From a virus: a stretch of 64,000 bases of DNA. The stretch is taken from IMG/VR virus record IMGVR_UViG_3300020581_000002, positions 3,247 through 67,246 of that record, one strand, 5' to 3'. Below the pieces are notes generated by a model. The model did not search any database. It was not told the DNA's origin and saw nothing but the letters and a program-made list of their open reading frames with translations. Below, in pieces: positions 9,539 through 17,681 of this stretch. The translations under genes and the position numbers were made by a program. How positions within the stretch are numbered: position 1 is the stretch's first letter; every line of letters starts with the position of its first letter.

Positions 9539-9696
9539 TTGTCCTTCCTCTCCCAATGCCGACACCACCCGTGCGAGGAAATCCTGCCCTCGACGAGGGT
9601 GCACAAATCCGGCTTCCTGAACATGGAACAGCCCTCGCACTTATGCAGCGCCTTCGGGTTATCCTGATACTTGGCCTCGGTCTTGGTGATTTTCAT
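9535..9696 (-). CDS. High-potential iron-sulfur protein (HiPIP)-like, no signal peptide
   Basis: AKYQDNP...CEGCSMF....CTLVEGRISSHGWC..W matches the four-Cys HiPIP signature. Confidence 0.8.
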   Translation of the reverse strand: MKITKTEAKYQDNPKALHKCEGCSMFRKPDLCTLVEGRISSHGWCRHWERKDK

Positions 9697-10040
9697 CGCA
9701 CCATCCCGTGTTCCTTCGCCGCGTCCACCATGATCTGATGAACCAGAGGGAGCAGCACCTCGTCGGTGTCCTCGACGGTCTCGTCGGCAAAGAGGAGGAA
9801 GGGAATCTTGAGGAGCGGCCGGCGCGCGGGATCGTAGAACGGGTTGCCCTCCGGGACGCGCCACACCAGGACGCGCCTGCGGTCGCGGTTGTGGTCGCCC
9901 AGCGTCCTGAACTCAGCCTCCATCTCGTCCACGAGACCCACCGCGCGCTGGCGGTTCTTCGCGAACTCCTTCGCGGGCAAGCGAATGCGCGCCCGGCGAT
10001 CGGGATGATCGGCGAAGAACTGGGCGTCTTGATCAGTCAT
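9693..10040 (-). CDS. Hypothetical protein (MTDQDAQFFADHPDR...)
   Basis: ORF trimmed to the ATG with GGAG; ATGA overlaps on both sides. Confidence 0.65.
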   Translation of the reverse strand: MTDQDAQFFADHPDRRARIRLPAKEFAKNRQRAVGLVDEMEAEFRTLGDHNRDRRRVLVWRVPEGNPFYDPARRPLLKIPFLLFADETVEDTDEVLLPLVHQIMVDAAKEHGMVR

Positions 10041-10216
10041 ACCGCTCCCCGCACATACCATTCGTATTCTAATCTTTTTATCTCTCTTGCTGCCTCTTGA
10101 AAGAGATCGCGCCAATCGGCCGCAAGCTGATCGTAAGTGCGCGGGCTCAACGTGGCTTTAACGCGTTGGTCGCACTTGGCCGCCGCCGTCTCAAGCCGCA
10201 TCACGAGATCACTCAT
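10037..10216 (-). CDS. Hypothetical protein (MSDLVMRLE...AAREIKRL)
   Basis: GAGGAG RBS; paralog of the next upstream ORF. Confidence 0.6.
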   Translation of the reverse strand: MSDLVMRLETAAAKCDQRVKATLSPRTYDQLAADWRDLFQEAAREIKRLEYEWYVRGAV

Positions 10217-10430
10217 TGAACTTCTCCTCACGCTCTCGCGTCGCCTCCTGCAAAAGACCATAAACGTCTTGACACTCACGGTTCAATCTTTTTATTTCTC
10301 GCGCCGCCGCTTGCAGAAGAACGCGCACGGCGTCAGCCTGTATATAGTAAGTAGATGTCTTCGCGAAACCTTCGCTTTGTTTAGCGAACTGAGTCGCCAC
10401 CCTTTCAAGCTGCGTTACGAGATCGCCCAT
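10209..10430 (-). CDS. Hypothetical protein (MGDLVTQLE...AAREIKRL)
   Basis: GGAGG RBS; paralog of 10037..10216. Confidence 0.6.
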   Translation of the reverse strand: MGDLVTQLERVATQFAKQSEGFAKTSTYYIQADAVRVLLQAAAREIKRLNRECQDVYGLLQEATREREEKFNE

Positions 10431-11811
10431 TGAGCTTATCCTCCAACGCTGACGTTATTCCCTTGAACACGCTCGACCAGCTTTCGCCCTGGAGCTGCCT
10501 GAAAATACGATGCTTCGGCGTCCACAGCAGCTTTTCACCCGCGAGCCCGACTCGGTAGTCGCGGCCGCCCCACGAGTACGGTATCCAGCATTCCTTCCCT
10601 GCGAGCGCCGCGATGTGCCCGAGGGCTGACTCGCAGCATATCACAAGGTCAAGGTCACGCAGGAGAGACACTGTGTCCGCCACGTCGCTGATGTAGGGCG
10701 TGAGATCACGGATGAACCCAGCCGCCCCAGCGTCATGCATCTCCTTGCCCTTCTCATCCTTTTGAAGCGAGTAAAGCTGCACGCCCGGCACGCGCAGCAG
10801 CTCGAAGAACTGGGTCACCGGAATGTTGCGAAAGCGATCAATGTCGTTTGCAGGCGAGCCCGACCACGCAATGCCGACGTGCAGCTTCTTGTCCGGGACC
10901 TTCCAGGTACGCGGCATCCCAAAGACGGGCGCTTCTATGTGCTTCTGGTTGGTGACATCTTTGTTCGCCAGCCCGAGCGCATAGGGCAGGCTCACAAACG
11001 TCGTCCAGTAGTCGGCCGCCGGAAACGGCGCCGGCGCCGGGATCAGGTTAACGTTCGGCAAGTGCACAAAGGCGTGCGAAAAGAGCCGCAAGAGCGCCGG
11101 CTGGATGAAGAGATGAAGGTAGCGGGCCCGCTTCGCAGCGAGGCCGACGAAGCGCGCAAAGGACAGCGTGTCGCCCAACCCTTGGTCCGCCGCCACGAAC
11201 ACGGTCTTGCCCGGCTGGCCCGCCCAATTCTCGTAGGGAAACTTAAGGAACTGCGGCAAGCGCCATTCAAACCGGCGCTCGAAGTGCCTGAAACCGCGCT
11301 CGTAATCGCCGTTAAACAGGCAAGCAAACGCAACCGCAATCTCGCAGTTGGCGTTCTCGGGCGCGTCCTTAGGGCACAGCTCCCAGCACTTCTCAGCCGC
11401 CACCTGCATGTGAACGCTGTCGCAAAGGTGCGACCGGATCAGCGACATGTTGAGCCAGCCAAGAAAATGCGTATCGTCGAGCTTGAGCGCGGCATCGGTC
11501 GCGAGCAAAGCTTCGTCGGTACGCGCCAGCGAGTGCAGCCGCCAACCAAGGTTGACGAGGGCGCGCACTTTCTCGTCCTTCGTCATCTCGCACTGGAGAG
11601 CGAGCCGCCAGTTGGCAATCGCGGCCTCATAGTGGTTGAGGTTCGAGTTGTTGTTGCCGGCCTGAAAATGTCCCTCGTACCACGTCGGATCGGCGAGGCA
11701 GGCGGAAGAAAAAAGCTGGTAAGAAGTCGTGAGATGCCGCGGGTCGGTCGCGGTATTATGCGCTTCCACCGCTTGATTGTAGAACTTCACCGCCTCGCTG
11801 CGATTGCCCAT
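10405..11811 (-). CDS. TPR-repeat plus GT-B (GT9-like) glycosyltransferase
   Basis: N-terminal TPR-like helices; DQGLGDTLSFARF, VGIAWSGSP, LYSLQK, LDLVICCESALGHIAALAG motifs. Confidence 0.85.
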   Translation of the reverse strand: MGNRSEAVKFYNQAVEAHNTATDPRHLTTSYQLFSSACLADPTWYEGHFQAGNNNSNLNHYEAAIANWRLALQCEMTKDEKVRALVNLGWRLHSLARTDEALLATDAALKLDDTHFLGWLNMSLIRSHLCDSVHMQVAAEKCWELCPKDAPENANCEIAVAFACLFNGDYERGFRHFERRFEWRLPQFLKFPYENWAGQPGKTVFVAADQGLGDTLSFARFVGLAAKRARYLHLFIQPALLRLFSHAFVHLPNVNLIPAPAPFPAADYWTTFVSLPYALGLANKDVTNQKHIEAPVFGMPRTWKVPDKKLHVGIAWSGSPANDIDRFRNIPVTQFFELLRVPGVQLYSLQKDEKGKEMHDAGAAGFIRDLTPYISDVADTVSLLRDLDLVICCESALGHIAALAGKECWIPYSWGGRDYRVGLAGEKLLWTPKHRIFRQLQGESWSSVFKGITSALEDKLNGRSRNAA

Positions 11812-12499
11812 TCCTCAGCATCCTCCTAACCTGTGTCGCCTGCACCGGCTTCTCGCCACGCAGACGCACGCCCATCTCATTGAGGCGAGTTGCCACACGG
11901 TGCGGGCGCGCATGCAGCTCGCGCCATAACTTGGCAGTCAGACGAATAACCTCTTGCTCATCCTCGCGAGGCTCGAGCACCGCCTGCCTGCCCTCGCCTA
12001 CAACTTTAAAGCCGTAGGGCGCTTGCCCGCCGATGTGACCGCCGTTGCGCCGCTTGCCGGCGCGGCCCTCGATTGTGCGCTCGCTGATGCGCTCGCGCTC
12101 GAACTCGGCGACGAGGGCGAGCAAGCCAAAGAACAGCTTGGCGACCCCGTTCCCCGTCACCGGCTCGGCGCCCATGTCGATCAGGATCAGATCGATCCCT
12201 CGCTTCTTGAGCTGCTCGGCCGTGAGCATGGCGTCGGAGGCCGAGCGAAACAGCCGATCGAGCTTGTTCGCCACAATCACGTCTCCCGCCTTGGCGGCAG
12301 CGAGAAGCTCGGCGCCGGCAGGACGCAAGCCAAGCGAAATCGAGCCGCTGACACCCGCGTCCTCGTAATGGGCGAAGTCGTGCGCGGAGGCGCCGCGCAA
12401 CTGCGCAACCGCCCAGTTCTTGCGCCGCTGCTCGGCAAGCGAGGTCGCGCCGTCGGCGGCTTGCTCTGCTGTGCTCACGCGCGAATACGAGAGAATCAT
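11756..12499 (-). CDS. Serine recombinase (resolvase catalytic domain plus short recombinase-type tail)
   Basis: YSRVST, DAGVSG, KLDRLFRS, AEFERERISER, APYGF motifs. Confidence 0.92.
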   Translation of the reverse strand: MILSYSRVSTAEQAADGATSLAEQRRKNWAVAQLRGASAHDFAHYEDAGVSGSISLGLRPAGAELLAAAKAGDVIVANKLDRLFRSASDAMLTAEQLKKRGIDLILIDMGAEPVTGNGVAKLFFGLLALVAEFERERISERTIEGRAGKRRNGGHIGGQAPYGFKVVGEGRQAVLEPREDEQEVIRLTAKLWRELHARPHRVATRLNEMGVRLRGEKPVQATQVRRMLRNGQSQRGGEVLQSSGGSA

Positions 12500-12500
12500 C

Positions 12501-12764
12501 TCAGCACTCCATCAACGGAGGCAAGTACCTCACCGTAACCACGTAGGGCTTATCAGGAGGCGGCGAGAACTCAATCGTGTTAACGAATATAGCACACGCC
12601 CTTGGCCTGCCCGCTTCCAGATTGCGCTCCAACGCCAAGGGGTTTACAATCTGCAGCACGTATCTATGCAATTGGTTGTGCTTTTGATTACCCTCGATCC
12701 ACGCTGCCACCACCTGACTATAAGCTGGCAGCTTGTACTTGGTCTTTCCCTTACGTAGCTTCAT
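12501..12764 (-). CDS. Hypothetical protein
   Basis: 87 aa with GGAGGT RBS. Confidence 0.6.
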   Translation of the reverse strand: MKLRKGKTKYKLPAYSQVVAAWIEGNQKHNQLHRYVLQIVNPLALERNLEAGRPRACAIFVNTIEFSPPPDKPYVVTVRYLPPLMEC

Positions 12765-12777
12765 GACGCACCTCCCG

Positions 12778-12814
12778 TGTAGTCACCCTTACTACACGGA
12801 CGCCCTGGTGTCAA
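12778..12814 (-). promoter_or_regulatory. Sigma70-like promoter with TGTAGT-N7-ACTACA operator
   Basis: TTGACA-N17-TAAGGG on the minus strand; palindrome at 12778-12796. Confidence 0.55.
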
Positions 12815-13775
12815 GCCTCGCTCGCTTAATCGCACGCTGCACGCCCTCCGCGAGGAACACCTTCGGCCGATAAAACTGCCGCATCTTGGCGGTGTCGGCA
12901 ACACGCCAGAACACGCCTTCGGGCTTGGTCTTGTCCACAGTTACCTTCGCCTTCCGAGCCGCGTAGACCAGAGCTATACGCGCCAAGTCCAAAAACGAAG
13001 TTGGGTAGCCGCTCCCGATATTGAGCGCCTCTCCCGGCGCGAGCTTCCACGCCGTCTCCATGACGCAGTCCATCACGTCGTCAATGTGGACGAAGTCGCG
13101 CACCTGGTCACCCGAGCCCCACACTACTAGCGGGCCCTCGCCAGCAACGGCGCGCTTGATGATGCTGGGAAACGGGTAAGCGAGATCCTGGTCCTCGCCA
13201 TAACCCGAGAACGGACGATAGATAACAATGTCAACGCCACGCTCGACCGCGCGCTGAGCCAAGTACTCGCCGGCGAGCTTCGCCCAGCCGTAAGTTGCAT
13301 CAGGAACACCGATGCGATCGCCGTCAAGCGCCATCAGCGGCTCGCTGAGCGAACAATGAGATTCTCGCTGCTGGAACATCGTCGGATAGACGGCGGACGA
13401 AGAGAAGTAAACGATCTTCTGGCCTTTTTGCGGGTCGCGCGAAACCCAGCGGAAAAAGTCGGAATCAATCGCAAAGTTCTGCGCGATGGCGAGAGGAGAG
13501 CCCTCGATCTTCTCTCGCCCACCCACCACGGCCGCGCAGTGGATAATGAGATCAAATTTGGCAGCCGCATTGCTAGGCCAAACGAACCATTGCCGCGCAT
13601 CATTCTTAACGAACGTCAAATTGATCTCGTAGTTCGATTTGAACATCCACCTGTGAGGAGGAAGACCTGCGGACATATCGTCCACTCCCGTGACCTTCCA
13701 ACCGTCGTCGAGGAGACGCTTCGCGAAGTGGCGACCAACGAATCCTCCACAGCCTAAAATTAACGCGCGCTTCAT
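12792..13775 (-). CDS. NAD-dependent nucleotide-sugar epimerase/dehydratase (extended SDR)
   Basis: GCGGFVG, HCAA, SSSAVY, YGWAK, RPFSGYG, VWGSGDQVRDFVHIDD. Confidence 0.93.
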   Translation of the reverse strand: MKRALILGCGGFVGRHFAKRLLDDGWKVTGVDDMSAGLPPHRWMFKSNYEINLTFVKNDARQWFVWPSNAAAKFDLIIHCAAVVGGREKIEGSPLAIAQNFAIDSDFFRWVSRDPQKGQKIVYFSSSAVYPTMFQQRESHCSLSEPLMALDGDRIGVPDATYGWAKLAGEYLAQRAVERGVDIVIYRPFSGYGEDQDLAYPFPSIIKRAVAGEGPLVVWGSGDQVRDFVHIDDVMDCVMETAWKLAPGEALNIGSGYPTSFLDLARIALVYAARKAKVTVDKTKPEGVFWRVADTAKMRQFYRPKVFLAEGVQRAIKRARLDTRASV

Positions 13776-14512
13776 TCGCTCCCCTTCTTTTTTCTCATCC
13801 TGCGTCCCAACTTGTACAGCTTGCGCAACGCTACGGCGTCGTAGTGAGGCGAGTCGTCAATCGACGCGACTGCCGCTTTAGACGCGCGGTAACCCCACTC
13901 GTGCTCGTACACGTCGCCCCACAGATCGACCGTGCCGCTCACGACGATAGTACCATCCTGCTCGTAGTCCCTAATGTAAGAACAAGCGCGATGCCTGTTC
14001 TTGAACCCGTGCACCCCCTCGTCAATCTTATTGGGATCACCCTCCGCCGGCTTGCCCGGATGCCACGCGTAACTCGACATCGCAGCGCTATACAGCAGGC
14101 CATCGCGAAGCACCCAACAGCGATAGGCGACTACTTCGCCGGCTCTAATTCCGGCGTCTTCGATGGGCTGCGGCGACGGCGAGGAGACGGTATTGAAGGC
14201 TCCGCTGGCACCGATGGTCGCGACGGCAACGAATTGGGCGGAGGAGATACCGCCGGCTCCGGCGCCTGCACCGGGTGGCGCGTTGGCACCGCCACGAACT
14301 TTCGCAAGAGTTCTCCGATATAAGCCACGAGCAGCCTCCCATAATTTGACGACGTAGCGAGTGCGCCTCTTAAACGCGCGAATTAGCGGAGAGATGACTC
14401 TCTCCTGGAACAGTACCCTCTCGACCTCGCGATCAACAGCCTCGCCCTCTCCCCTCGACCGCAACAACTCGCCCAGATAGCGATCAGGGCGATCGAACAA
14501 GTTCCAATCCAT
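13772..14512 (-). CDS. Hypothetical phage protein
   Basis: C-terminal VVAYRCW...GVHGF...GTVDLWGDVYEHEWGYRA domain; ATG 2 nt after the upstream stop. Confidence 0.65.
   Translation of the reverse strand: MDWNLFDRPDRYLGELLRSRGEGEAVDREVERVLFQERVISPLIRAFKRRTRYVVKLWEAARGLYRRTLAKVRGGANAPPGAGAGAGGISSAQFVAVATIGASGAFNTVSSPSPQPIEDAGIRAGEVVAYRCWVLRDGLLYSAAMSSYAWHPGKPAEGDPNKIDEGVHGFKNRHRACSYIRDYEQDGTIVVSGTVDLWGDVYEHEWGYRASKAAVASIDDSPHYDAVALRKLYKLGRRMRKKKGSE
14131..14328 (-). CDS. Nested out-of-frame Pro-rich small protein (MAYIGELLRKFVAVP...)
   Basis: GGGAGG 6 nt before GTG; lies wholly inside 13772..14512. Confidence 0.5.
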   Translation of the reverse strand: MAYIGELLRKFVAVPTRHPVQAPEPAVSPPPNSLPSRPSVPAEPSIPSPRRRRSPSKTPELEPAK

Positions 14513-14514
14513 GA

Positions 14515-15789
14515 CTATACCGGCGGCAACTTGTGCCAGTCGAACCACCACTGCGGCGAGAACGGCTGCGGCTCGCGCGATCGAACGCCATAGAAAACCA
14601 TGCCAGGGGAAAGTGCCGTCAGCCGCACATCGCGATACGACACCTGCGCCGGAATGGGAAGCGAGACGAGATCGCGCGGCGGCAAGGTCGGACTAGCGAC
14701 GTAGCCGCTATGCGTGTCCTCGACGCGCAGAGAGCCGCCCTGCTTGCCACCGCTTGCGAACAGCTCAACGGGGCCGGAGAGGGGGATCGTCACCATTGGG
14801 CACCCTCCCAATAGACCGCTATCATTCTCGTCCACCATCCCTGCTCGCCACGCGAACGGCCCGAAGCCCTGGCTGAACTCCAAGCGCCAGTCGCCCTCGT
14901 AGCACGCGCCAATGCCCTCCAGCTGGTGGGCAAAGTACGTGAAGGTGCCGGAGGCGGGGTCATGCAGCATTGGCCCGAGCCCGCCGGCATCCTGCTCGCC
15001 CCGCCTGATCGCGGCCGTGCGCGCCGCGTAGGTCGCGAACGCCTCGTCGTTAGCTAGCTGTTCGACCGGCTGGCCGGCAATCTTCAACCCCTGCTCGGCC
15101 AGAGGGGGTTCCTGCCCAATCATCTCAACCGGCGAGGGAACGAGGGCGAGCGAAGCAAGGCCGTGAGAGGCGAGCACGCGGTCGTTCCCCCAATCTGCGC
15201 ACAGCATACTATCGTGACTGCGGAACGCCCACCAGCGTCCGATATCAAGGTTCGAGAGGCGAGCGAAGAGGCGGCGGTTCTCGGAGGTAAGCGACGTTCG
15301 CATGTGCGCGAGGGACAAGATCGCTGCCTCGCGCGTCAGTATCTGGGTTCCCCAGCCGAGATTGTGCATGACGGCGTAACCGTCTCGCTGAAAGAGAACG
15401 CGATCTTCGTAAGCTCGCGCCGACACGGCTCCCACTTCAAGACCATCCGCGGCTCCACGCTCGAAGAGAGCCATGGCTGGTCCAAACCAGTCGGGTTGCA
15501 AGAGTACATCGTTCTCAACAAGACCGACATGCGTCCAGTCTCCTCCCTTGAGCATCTGGGTCAGCGCGTAGGCGACCGCCGCATCGGGCCCGCCGCGCAC
15601 ATTGCCGTGCACGATGATGCCATGCCGCTCGCCGGCGCGCATCTGGACTTCGTGAGGAAAACGCTTGCCCTCCTCCGTCGCCGAACCATCGCACCACAGG
15701 ATGCTGGCGCCACAGCCGAGAAGCGGCTCGATCGTGCGGCGGGACAGCTCGATGTTGTCCTTGGTGAGGAAAGCAAGGCAGACTTTCAT
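14515..15789 (-). CDS. GT-A fold (GT2-like) glycosyltransferase with C-terminal beta domain
   Basis: CLAFLTKD, WCDGSAT, GLVENDV (DxD-like), VGAVS. Confidence 0.75.
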   Translation of the reverse strand: MKVCLAFLTKDNIELSRRTIEPLLGCGASILWCDGSATEEGKRFPHEVQMRAGERHGIIVHGNVRGGPDAAVAYALTQMLKGGDWTHVGLVENDVLLQPDWFGPAMALFERGAADGLEVGAVSARAYEDRVLFQRDGYAVMHNLGWGTQILTREAAILSLAHMRTSLTSENRRLFARLSNLDIGRWWAFRSHDSMLCADWGNDRVLASHGLASLALVPSPVEMIGQEPPLAEQGLKIAGQPVEQLANDEAFATYAARTAAIRRGEQDAGGLGPMLHDPASGTFTYFAHQLEGIGACYEGDWRLEFSQGFGPFAWRAGMVDENDSGLLGGCPMVTIPLSGPVELFASGGKQGGSLRVEDTHSGYVASPTLPPRDLVSLPIPAQVSYRDVRLTALSPGMVFYGVRSREPQPFSPQWWFDWHKLPPV

Positions 15790-16286
15790 GCTGTTGTTCT
15801 CGCAAACTCGCCGCGCAAACGAATCGCTGCCTGCGCGTAAGCGGCATGAGCAGCTTCTGCAGAATCAAAATAACCAAGTCCTACAAGACGACCTTTAATC
15901 TTAATACCCGCTTGCCACTTTCTACGCCCTTTAGCGTAAGTCACGCCTTTTAACGACGTGTATTTTTTATTTTTCATAGGCCGCGCATTATGCGCATTTT
16001 GGACACGAGTTGCTTCTCTCAAATTAGACCATCGATTGTTGTGTTTATTAGTGTCCTTGTGATCAATCTCGTTATCAGGCCAGCGCCCCGTCATATAAAG
16101 CCATGCTAAACGATGAGCCATATACACTTTTTGATCTAGTTTTATCGAAACGTATCTCCTAAAATTACCAGCGATTGCACCAACACGAACGTTTTTTCGG
16201 CGCGAAATCCACCTAAATAACCCGGTAACAGAGTCGTAGAACAACGCTTGTTTTAGTTGCGCTTGCGTCAGCGAAGTCTTTTTCAT
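15786..16286 (-). CDS. HNH-AP2 homing endonuclease
   Basis: YDSVTGLFRW, AHRLAWLYMTG, IDHKD...NNRWSNLREAT..QN, KGV...KWQA.I...LGYF...AAHAAY; AT-rich. Confidence 0.92.
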   Translation of the reverse strand: MKKTSLTQAQLKQALFYDSVTGLFRWISRRKNVRVGAIAGNFRRYVSIKLDQKVYMAHRLAWLYMTGRWPDNEIDHKDTNKHNNRWSNLREATRVQNAHNARPMKNKKYTSLKGVTYAKGRRKWQAGIKIKGRLVGLGYFDSAEAAHAAYAQAAIRLRGEFARTTA

Positions 16287-17356
16287 TACAATGCCTTTTT
16301 ACAATCAGATACCCAAGCAATAGCAAGTTCAACAATTCCCGTGGGCATCCAATAAAACTGTTGCAGTTCAGTATAAATCAACTGAACCATTGCTAGTAGC
16401 GGCGTGTCGCTTAGATGCAATTTACTAAGCCAATCAGCAAATTCTACTGTGTATTGCATTCCGAATAGTTCAGACTTCAAATCACTAACAAGATTATGTT
16501 CGTTTCTCTGTTGGAGCACAAAAGGACGACCGTAGTGAACAACCAATCCTTGCTCGCGCATAACTCTCTGCGCGATCAGCCCCGCCCATATGTCATCATA
16601 TCTTTGCCACTGCGGCACCATGAGGAAGCAGGGGGCAAGTGCACGCAAGAAAGCGACGTTCTGGGCGTTGAGCGGCGCCCACGTAGTGCGCGGGTCGGAG
16701 ACGACACCGGCGCGCAGCACCTCCGACACCTGGTGCACGGCCGGATGCCGCGACATGCGGTCAACAGCGGAGGTGTCGGGGTCACCCAGGACCGCGCCCT
16801 GCGCCACGCCGATACGCGCGTCAACGACGGGCTCGAAAGACAAGCAGGAAGGAAGCTGCTGCGGGAAGCCGCGCTGGCAGACGGGAGCGCCGGTAAGAGG
16901 AAATTGGAGCTGGCCGGGATCGAACCAGCCGCGACCGCTGACCTTTAACCCGCTCCACGCGCGATTCCACGTGATAGGCGGCGTGCTTGGATCGTCAAAA
17001 TAAACTTTGTCATCGAACATCTTAAAATAATTTATAAAATATGCAGCACCCATCGGGATGTTGTCGTCGTCCACACTGACGATCAGCTCGGCGCCCCACT
17101 TGAGCGCCTCGAGGAGCGCGATGTTGCGCCGCGCGATCGTATTCCAGCCGATGAGGGGGGAGCACTCCCAGCCCAACTCCTTCTGCCTGTCGGGCGAATA
17201 CGCTTCGCAGTCGGAGATGGATGCGCAAAAGTCGTAGGCGGCCTTGGGGGTCTTTTCGTCGCAAGCAACAAAAAAGCGAACGCTTGGGTCGAAGCGCCGG
17301 TAGAGCGCGAGAACGTGGGGGACATTGATTGTCGTGAGGATGAGAGCCGTCTTCAT
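16286..17356 (-). CDS. STELLO/RGP (GT75-related) glycosyltransferase-like protein
   Basis: TTINVP, ARRNIALLEA, VDDDN, RGFP, QG...GDPD..AVDR, PLNAQN, RYDDIW. Confidence 0.8.
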   Translation of the reverse strand: MKTALILTTINVPHVLALYRRFDPSVRFFVACDEKTPKAAYDFCASISDCEAYSPDRQKELGWECSPLIGWNTIARRNIALLEALKWGAELIVSVDDDNIPMGAAYFINYFKMFDDKVYFDDPSTPPITWNRAWSGLKVSGRGWFDPGQLQFPLTGAPVCQRGFPQQLPSCLSFEPVVDARIGVAQGAVLGDPDTSAVDRMSRHPAVHQVSEVLRAGVVSDPRTTWAPLNAQNVAFLRALAPCFLMVPQWQRYDDIWAGLIAQRVMREQGLVVHYGRPFVLQQRNEHNLVSDLKSELFGMQYTVEFADWLSKLHLSDTPLLAMVQLIYTELQQFYWMPTGIVELAIAWVSDCKKAL

Positions 17357-17547
17357 GGCGGACCAGGGTCTCGATCGATCAGATCAGGGGTGCGCTTTTT
17401 ACGCACTTGCGAGCGCCTCTCCCTCACCTCCCACTCGCGTAGAATCTGCGCGATCTTGAACGAGACGGCGCAGCCCTGCTCATTGGCCGCGCGCCTCACG
17501 CTTTGTAGAAGGTCAGGAGGGAGACGAACAGAGGTGGGTTTTTCCAA
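17353..17547 (-). CDS. Ribbon-helix-helix regulator
   Basis: KPTSVRLPPDLLQSVRRAANEQGCAVSFKIAQILREW; TTG start uncertain. Confidence 0.6.
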   Translation of the reverse strand: MEKPTSVRLPPDLLQSVRRAANEQGCAVSFKIAQILREWEVRERRSQVRKKRTPDLIDRDPGPP

Positions 17548-17568
17548 GCGAGACAGCGCGCAACTCCT

Positions 17569-17625
17569 AAAAAAGGCCGGGCGGCTGGCGTCACATACGG
17601 GGAGGATGTATGGCCGCCCGGCCCG
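17569..17625 (-). terminator. Hairpin plus U6 with an anti-SD loop (sRNA or attenuator)
   Basis: GGCCGGGCGGC/GCCGCCCGGCC stem, inner CATAC-ATCCTCCCC-GTATG, then TTTTTT. Confidence 0.55.
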
Positions 17626-17646
17626 CTCGCTTTTGGGGACGAGCGA

Positions 17647-17681
17647 TGTAGTCAATAGCACTACAGAGGGGGAGGCGTCAA
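17647..17681 (-). promoter_or_regulatory. Promoter with TGTAGT-N7-ACTACA operator
   Basis: TTGACG-N18-TATTGA; palindrome at 17647-17665. Confidence 0.55.

Noticed and set aside
10405-17356. DNA base hypermodification or O-antigen conversion cluster
   Set aside because: No recognisable nucleobase-modifying enzyme, kinase, flippase or multi-TM transferase; disfavoured rather than excluded.
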